This document shows, one piece after another, positions 58,157-64,000 of a stretch of DNA of 64,000 nucleotides. The notes beneath the pieces were generated by a model that was not told the DNA's origin, did no database searches, and saw only the letters and a program-made list of their open reading frames with translations. The number at the start of each line of letters is the position of its first letter. Within the stretch, counting starts at the first letter, position 1. Source of the stretch: Dimorphilus gyrociliatus (taxonomy: Eukaryota > Animalia > Annelida); NCBI GenBank assembly GCA_904063045.1, contig CAJFCJ010000005.1:2536165-2600164 (forward strand), read 5' to 3'. The position numbers were made by a program, and so were the translations under genes.

Positions 58157-58978
58157 ATGTCAAAAAAGAATTTATTATTCTCAGTTGACGAAAGAAAGAT
58201 GAAATGTGAATTATGTTTAACTTCGTGGTATGGGAATACTCCTAAAGTTCTTAATTGTGAACATACATTTTGCAGTTCTTGTCTGGAAAGTATCGTTCTA
58301 TTATTCTTCGTCAGATGTCCTACATGTAATAAAGTAACTGATTTGGAAATGGGAGGAGTTGAACATTTACCCAATCATTTTATTGATAATGATTTCCCAT
58401 TGTACGAAGAAGAAGTATGTAATATTCACAATAGAACTCTATTATATCCAAAGCTGGTTTGCGTTTCTTGTAAGAAGATTCTGGCATGTATAGCTTGTAT
58501 TGATCTTGATCATACGAAAGAATCATGTTCTATAAGATCTTACGATAGCGCTTATCAATCTCAAAGGCAATTCCGCAGAGAATATATTTCAAAATTGAAC
58601 GAAGCTGAAGAATCATTTTTGGCTAATATCCTTCAAACTACAGTAGATATTGAGAGTATGGAAAGAAGTTGGCATTCCAAATTATCTATAAAATTAAGCA
58701 ATATAATTGATACAATCGACAATTACGAGCAGAATATCTTAAAAGTGTTCAAGAGATCGTTGAAGAAAGCTGAATATCCTTTGACCACCGAAGATGTAGA
58801 GAAAGAATTGAAAATGTTGGAAGATTTAATGATAGATATATTTAATCAGCCGAAACTAATCATTAAACTCGGTTTAGAATTTAACGAGTCAATTAACTCT
58901 GTTAAGGAAATGAATAATTCACAACAGATGTGTGAAAATGATGGAAAAAATGTTCAAGTTCACGATCTATGTCAATAA
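58157..58978 (+). CDS. RBCC-only TRIM-like protein
   Basis: RING CELCLTSW..PKVLNCEHTFCSSCL..CPTC; B-box CNIH..CVSC..ACIACIDLDHTKESC; ends after the linker; the next gene's stop codon is 176 bp away. Confidence 0.85.
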   Translation: MSKKNLLFSVDERKMKCELCLTSWYGNTPKVLNCEHTFCSSCLESIVLLFFVRCPTCNKVTDLEMGGVEHLPNHFIDNDFPLYEEEVCNIHNRTLLYPKLVCVSCKKILACIACIDLDHTKESCSIRSYDSAYQSQRQFRREYISKLNEAEESFLANILQTTVDIESMERSWHSKLSIKLSNIIDTIDNYEQNILKVFKRSLKKAEYPLTTEDVEKELKMLEDLMIDIFNQPKLIIKLGLEFNESINSVKEMNNSQQMCENDGKNVQVHDLCQ

Positions 58979-59154
58979 TTGATTCAAAATATAATTAAAA
59001 ATGATTAATCTTTATAAAATGTATTCATTTAATATAATTTAATAAATAAATCAAAATACCTTATTACACTGTAGTATGTTAATTAATATGATAAATTTAT
59101 AAAATAATAAGTTTCAGAGTTTCAGTAGTTTAGATGAAAAAGCTTTTGAATTAA

Positions 59155-60729
59155 TTAACTTAATTCATAGATACGAGCTTTAGAAATATTTTCAGAGTGT
59201 ATCACTGCGAAACGATTTTCACTTAGCATATCTATACGATAAATAGGTAATTTCATTGGTGTAATTTTAACAATCCGAAGATCCTCATTGTATATTTCGA
59301 TTTTACTTTGATTTCTTCTACAGAGCAATAGTAGATTTGCACTTGACCATACAAGCGATATCTCTCCTTCAATTGGTGGAACTATTTTGCTAAATTCAAT
59401 TTGACGTTTAACCATTCCAGAAGATTTGTCTATTATAGCAAAAAGATTTGTAGATGTTACAAATATATCTCCATTTGGTTTAGAACATGCGCTAACACAT
59501 TGTAAGTGAATTCTATTTCTGCGCCATACAGTTTGCTCATTTTGAATAAGTTCGTGGCTATATAGACAATCAGATTCAATTAATAAGACTCTTTGTCTCT
59601 CTTCTTTATATTCGACTGAGAAAATGTTGATAATTCTCCTTTTAGATACTTTTAAAACTTCAAATTTAATTCGCTCTGTTTCCGTCAGTCTTCCTTTGAC
59701 TAATTTTTCTCTATCTTCGTAAACCACGTAAATGTATGGAAAAATTACAATAAACTTATGAAAATCTGAAGGAATATCGAAGACTTTTAGTACTTTATTG
59801 TTATTTCTTTTAATAATTTCGGATTGACCCGATCCGTAGCTGGGTTTATAATTGAATAGAAAATTTTCAGAGAGATAATATAGAGATAATATATTATTGA
59901 TAACGCCTTTCTCATCTAAACCAGGCTTTTGAATTTCTGCTTTCACTTCGGTCAAAAAGCCCATTAGATCATTATTCACCACTGTTTTTTCCTCTAAATA
60001 TGAATTTACAGTTATTTTCGGAGGTCCAGAGAAAACTAATCTTACACTTAAGCATTTCTCTAGTTTTTCTTCTAGTTTTTTCCTATTTATGAATACGCCT
60101 GTTAAAGAATTATCGAGTAAATTAAGCATGCTTTTCTTCCCATCATTATAGGCTTTAATTTGATCTTCAATCTTTCCTAGCTCCTCTTTGAGAATGAGCT
60201 GAGCTTTATTTGAGAATACTTGAAAAGTTTGCTCTAGCTTTTTACCATCTTCCGTCACTATACCTTTATATTGCTGTATAACGTCCTTATAGATTTGTCT
60301 AATTGGTTCAAGTTCGCTATAAATATTCTTGTATGAACATATATTGCATTTAGTCATATTATGCTCAAAATCTATACAATGTGAGCACAATCTATCAACT
60401 TCGCAAGTTTTGCAAATCATTCTTGGATGAATGAAAGGAATTTTATGCTTTTCGCAAATTTCCTTGGTCCCTTCGGTAAGATTTCTTACCCATTTTATAG
60501 AATCTGAGAGTAAGTTCCTAGGTAGACCAATAACACCCTTCTTCGTTAAAGAAGTATTCTTTCTACAAATAGGACAGCAAATAACATTCTTTGTAGACGC
60601 TTTGATAAGGCATTCAAAGCAAAATATGTGTTGACAAGGTAGAGCCCTCGAATCTCTAGACAACCAATTTTCTAAGCAGATAGAGCATTCAAGACTCTTT
60701 TCATTGATAATAAATTTCCCCTCCTCCAT
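59155..60729 (-). CDS. TRIM-like RBCC + divergent propeller
   Basis: RING CSICLENW..ALPCQHIFCFECL..CPICR; B-box CEKH..CKTC..LCSHCIDFEHNMTKC; propeller ACSKPNGDIFV. Confidence 0.9.
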   Translation of the reverse strand: MEEGKFIINEKSLECSICLENWLSRDSRALPCQHIFCFECLIKASTKNVICCPICRKNTSLTKKGVIGLPRNLLSDSIKWVRNLTEGTKEICEKHKIPFIHPRMICKTCEVDRLCSHCIDFEHNMTKCNICSYKNIYSELEPIRQIYKDVIQQYKGIVTEDGKKLEQTFQVFSNKAQLILKEELGKIEDQIKAYNDGKKSMLNLLDNSLTGVFINRKKLEEKLEKCLSVRLVFSGPPKITVNSYLEEKTVVNNDLMGFLTEVKAEIQKPGLDEKGVINNILSLYYLSENFLFNYKPSYGSGQSEIIKRNNNKVLKVFDIPSDFHKFIVIFPYIYVVYEDREKLVKGRLTETERIKFEVLKVSKRRIINIFSVEYKEERQRVLLIESDCLYSHELIQNEQTVWRRNRIHLQCVSACSKPNGDIFVTSTNLFAIIDKSSGMVKRQIEFSKIVPPIEGEISLVWSSANLLLLCRRNQSKIEIYNEDLRIVKITPMKLPIYRIDMLSENRFAVIHSENISKARIYELS

Positions 60730-61329
60730 TTTTATCTGGTCAAAATTTGTAAATACTTTCTCTTAGAGTTACTTTCTACGTAAGTGAAACTGAAGTTTTG
60801 TTGACGTTATATTTAATACATTTTTATCATTTTCATAAATGAAATATAGTTGAATACTTACATAAACCATTAATTTTTCAAGTTGAAATGGGTCACAATG
60901 AAAATTTGACAGTCGCTCAACCTTTTTTTAACCAGACACCTTATCATGTGAAGTTTTAATGTAAAATGGACGATATTCTTTAATCACGTGACCTCCAAAA
61001 AAATATATTTTTTCATATATTTTTCTTAATTTTTGAAATAGTTATTCATTTTTTTTATTAATGTTTTAATAAAAAATTATGAAAAAAGATACACTTTAAT
61101 TGATGTTTTTCAACTTTTTGAACTGAAAAAAAAGTATATTCTTTATAAAAAATAAAATGGCAGATACCCCATTTTTTATGTAGGTTAAAGTCTCTTCTAA
61201 TATGAATTTTAATAAGAGAAATTAATAAAATCCAAAAGAAGAGTGTTTACTTTGTTTTCTAGCAAAACTTTTAAGCTTTTTAAAGTTTGTGACGATTTGA
61301 GATAAGTTGGGCAAGAAGACGGGAGAATG

Positions 61330-61332
<3 letters not shown>

Positions 61333-61360
<28 letters not shown>
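61333..61360. repeat. (GA)14 microsatellite
   Basis: Read directly from the sequence; about 280 bp upstream of the 61640 start codon. Confidence 0.9.
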
Positions 61361-61370
<10 letters not shown>

Positions 61371-61639
61371 GTACGAGTGAATGAGATAGATGGACTATCA
61401 TAATTAATATATTAAAATTTAAATCTATAATTTACTCAATTAGGTTTTTAAAGGAATATTCAAAAAAATTAATCTAATACTTTTTATTATGTTGCTTTTT
61501 ATTATAATTCTAATTGAGAAAGTTTCAGCATATATGAATGAGTAGTTTTTGAGACTTGGTCAATTTATATTGAAAATATATGGCATAAAAATCACTTCTG
61601 CTTCGGTCTTCAACCAGATAGGAAAGCTATAAATAACGT

Positions 61640-62555
61640 ATGATGAGTACTAAGTAAGTTTTTTAAAGTTTTCTTTTATACGATTTGCATTTATTCTATT
61701 ATTTTTCGTTCTAGAAAAGAAGACTTAAATTCGAAAAGTCTTGATCATTTAGTATCAACTGAAGCGCTCCTGTGTAAAATATGTTGTATACCATGGGTAG
61801 AGAGAGATCCGAGAGTTCTTTCGTGTCAACATATCTTCTGCTTTAGCTGCCTTTTAGAAATGTATGGAGGAAGAGTTTCACCAACAATAACATGTCCTTC
61901 GTGTGGAATGGATCATTTTGCTGAAAATGGAGTGGCGAAATTGCCTAAGAGCATAATACAAGACTCAATTTCTACCATTTCTGTCGAGAAAAGCTCCTGT
62001 AAGAAACATAATAAGGAAAGAATTTTGCCACCAATAGTATGTCTAACCTGTAAAGCTCTGAATTTATGTCATGATTGTATCGACAAAGATCATACTAATA
62101 GTCTTTGTAAAATTGTTTCGGAAGGAAAATTACTTGACCAATCGAAAGCTATAAGGCAAAAATTTAAGAATGAATTAGAAAACTATAGGAACACTGTAAA
62201 GGTTGATGTGGCCAAAATTCAGAGCTCTCTCAGAGAAGTTGAATGTAAATGCCGAATAATAGTTGATAAGTCAATTGCTGATTGTAATATTTCAATTGAC
62301 GATTATGAAGAGGCTATGACTAGAAATTTTAAATCTATTCAAGATATATTAAATGATGTTTTCATAGATGATGATCAACTTTTTGGACGGCTAGTTTCTG
62401 ATTCTGTTAGAAAAGTTAACTTTGAACAGAATCCTAGTTTTGCAATTGATACTAAAGTATACGAAGAACTAATTAAATATACCGATAAGAATAATGGATT
62501 GAATATACTAAAGAAAATATTGAATATCTTTAGAAAGAGTAATTATAACAATTGA
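61640..62555 (+). CDS. Two-exon RBCC-only TRIM-like protein (~284 aa)
   Basis: Exon 1 61640-61653 (MMST K), intron gtaagt..ttctag 61654-61714, exon 2 from 61715 restores the RING CKICCIPW..PRVLSCQHIFCFSCL..CPSC in frame with the 61860 ORF; B-box CKKH..CLTC..LCHDCIDKDH..C. Confidence 0.82.
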
Positions 62556-62978
62556 AAATGATGACGAAATTTAACGAAATATTCAAAAGCTTTCTACTTG
62601 AATATTTTACAAATGACAAATAACGAACGATTTACTATTCTATCCTCTTTTCTAATATCTTCAATGATCTATAATAATGTTAATAAAACACCGTCATTTC
62701 TTTTATAAAATTCTCTAACATTTGTTTACTTTAAAGCGTTTAGTTAAAAATATTTTTATAGGCTTATTTCGTTTTAAAATGTAACTTCTCCGAAGTAAAT
62801 TGGTGTCTTTAGAACATTCCTTCATATTTTAGAATGTATAGACAGCTACTCAATAAGTTGTTTATACAATTTTTTATGGCTCTTGAATGAATAATACTCA
62901 AAGTTTAATGAGAAAATGATACTACTCTTCAACTGATTTTTTATTGTGATTGAATGTTTTTAATCATTTGAACTCAAA

Positions 62979-63845
62979 ATGTCGAATAGAAAAGAAGAAC
63001 GGATGAAAAACACCGCGCAAATGCCGCCTAAACGCCTTTTGTTTACAGTTGATGAAAGGAAATTGGAGTGTAGAATTTGTCTTGACTCCTGGCTGAAAAG
63101 AGAACCGAAAGTATTGTCTTGCCAGCATACTTTTTGCCGTGAATGTTTGGAGAGCTTGGGTGGTCAGTTTTACCTGACTTGCCCTCTTTGTCGAGCTTCT
63201 TCTTATCTGCCGACGGCAAGTGTTGATAATTTACCTGATCATTTCCTCTCTAAATCATTAATTAAATTTCCGAGAGAGGAGAAAGCTCAGATTAAATGCG
63301 AAAAACATAAGGAAGCGGTAATTTTTCCCAATTTGGTATGTGTAACGTGTAAGGTAAAAGTTTATTGCTGCTCGTGTATTGACAATGATCACTCGAGTAC
63401 AAAATGTAAGATAAGATCGTTCGAAAACCTTAATATGGAAATGAAAGAGAAAAGAAAAAATTATCATTATAATTTCAAAGTCAATACTATGCTCCTTCGA
63501 GGAAATTTGAGAGAGACGAGAGAAGATGTTGCTAGAATTCATAGTTCTTGGTCTAAGCAGATTGATAAAATGTTTAAGAGTATCAGCGATAAAGTAGACG
63601 AATTTGAACAAGTTAAATTAACTTCAATTGATAATTTACTAAAGAAAATTGATAACGTTTTCTTTGATGAAGAAGAAATACAAAACGAGATTCAAGAGAC
63701 TACGAAAACTACTCTAAGAATAAAGAAACCTCAGGTTATGCTAAATTTAAATCTTGTCTCGCAAATCTTTTCCGGAAGTCCAAGTTTAAATGGAATGAGA
63801 ATCAACATTAGCCCACGAAAAGGAACTCAATCTTATCAATTATAA
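62979..63845 (+). CDS. RBCC-only TRIM-like protein (paralog of 58157..58978)
   Basis: RING CRICLDSW..PKVLSCQHTFCRECL..CPLCR; B-box CEKH..CVTC..CCSCIDNDHSSTKC; shares LLF(S/T)VDERK with 58157. A downstream exon beyond the window cannot be excluded. Confidence 0.82.
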   Translation: MSNRKEERMKNTAQMPPKRLLFTVDERKLECRICLDSWLKREPKVLSCQHTFCRECLESLGGQFYLTCPLCRASSYLPTASVDNLPDHFLSKSLIKFPREEKAQIKCEKHKEAVIFPNLVCVTCKVKVYCCSCIDNDHSSTKCKIRSFENLNMEMKEKRKNYHYNFKVNTMLLRGNLRETREDVARIHSSWSKQIDKMFKSISDKVDEFEQVKLTSIDNLLKKIDNVFFDEEEIQNEIQETTKTTLRIKKPQVMLNLNLVSQIFSGSPSLNGMRINISPRKGTQSYQL

Positions 63846-64000
63846 ACCTATATGTCTATGTGAACGTAACTAAAACTACTCAATATCTATAATATATGAA
63901 TATTCATTGAATTCTTTTATTGAATATGCATAATTAATTAATTAGTTCAGTTTTTTTAAAACTGTGTCCTCTGCATTGTATTCAACTCTTACCCTTTTCC

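Noticed and set aside
62556-62650. Possible frameshifted propeller start (FTNDK*) after the 61640 gene
   Set aside because: Only a 4-residue resemblance, immediately followed by a stop, and there is no room for a propeller before 62979.
363-63611. Numerous 60-120 aa ORFs antisense to or overlapping the TRIM and lectin CDSs (e.g. 6479..6691, 16892..17260, 21588..21938, 56086..56376, 63258..63611)
   Set aside because: Shadow frames of real genes with hydrophobic/Ser-Phe-rich composition and no motifs.
1-64000. tRNA or rRNA genes and intact transposable elements
   Set aside because: No T-loop/D-loop cloverleaf, rRNA sequence, RT, integrase or transposase motifs were recognised by eye.

Overview
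AT-rich eukaryotic (animal) genomic DNA with very short introns (about 50-75 nt in the two protein genes spliced by hand); the species cannot be determined from sequence alone. The window is dominated by a tandem array of about 28 paralogous, highly diverged TRIM-type E3 ligase loci on both strands, almost all with single-exon CDSs. The core architecture is a TRIM2/3/56-like RING, an atypical B-box, a coiled coil and a ~250-280 aa degenerate six-bladed NHL-like beta-propeller. There are 18 intact full-length copies. Variants include RING+propeller (2), B-box+coil+propeller without RING (1), propeller-only (1), RBCC-only (4), one single-nonsense allele and one decayed pseudogene. Embedded in the array are: (i) a spliced non-coding host gene with four intronic snR38/SNORD1 box C/D snoRNAs; (ii) a protein kinase pseudogene; (iii) an 8-exon DTX3L/PARP14-like RRM+KH-like gene with no catalytic domain; and (iv) an 11-exon secreted protein with six divergent C-type-lectin-like domains fused through a GDPH motif to an inter-alpha-trypsin-inhibitor heavy chain C-terminal-like domain. 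Domain calls come from manual motif recognition, not database searches.
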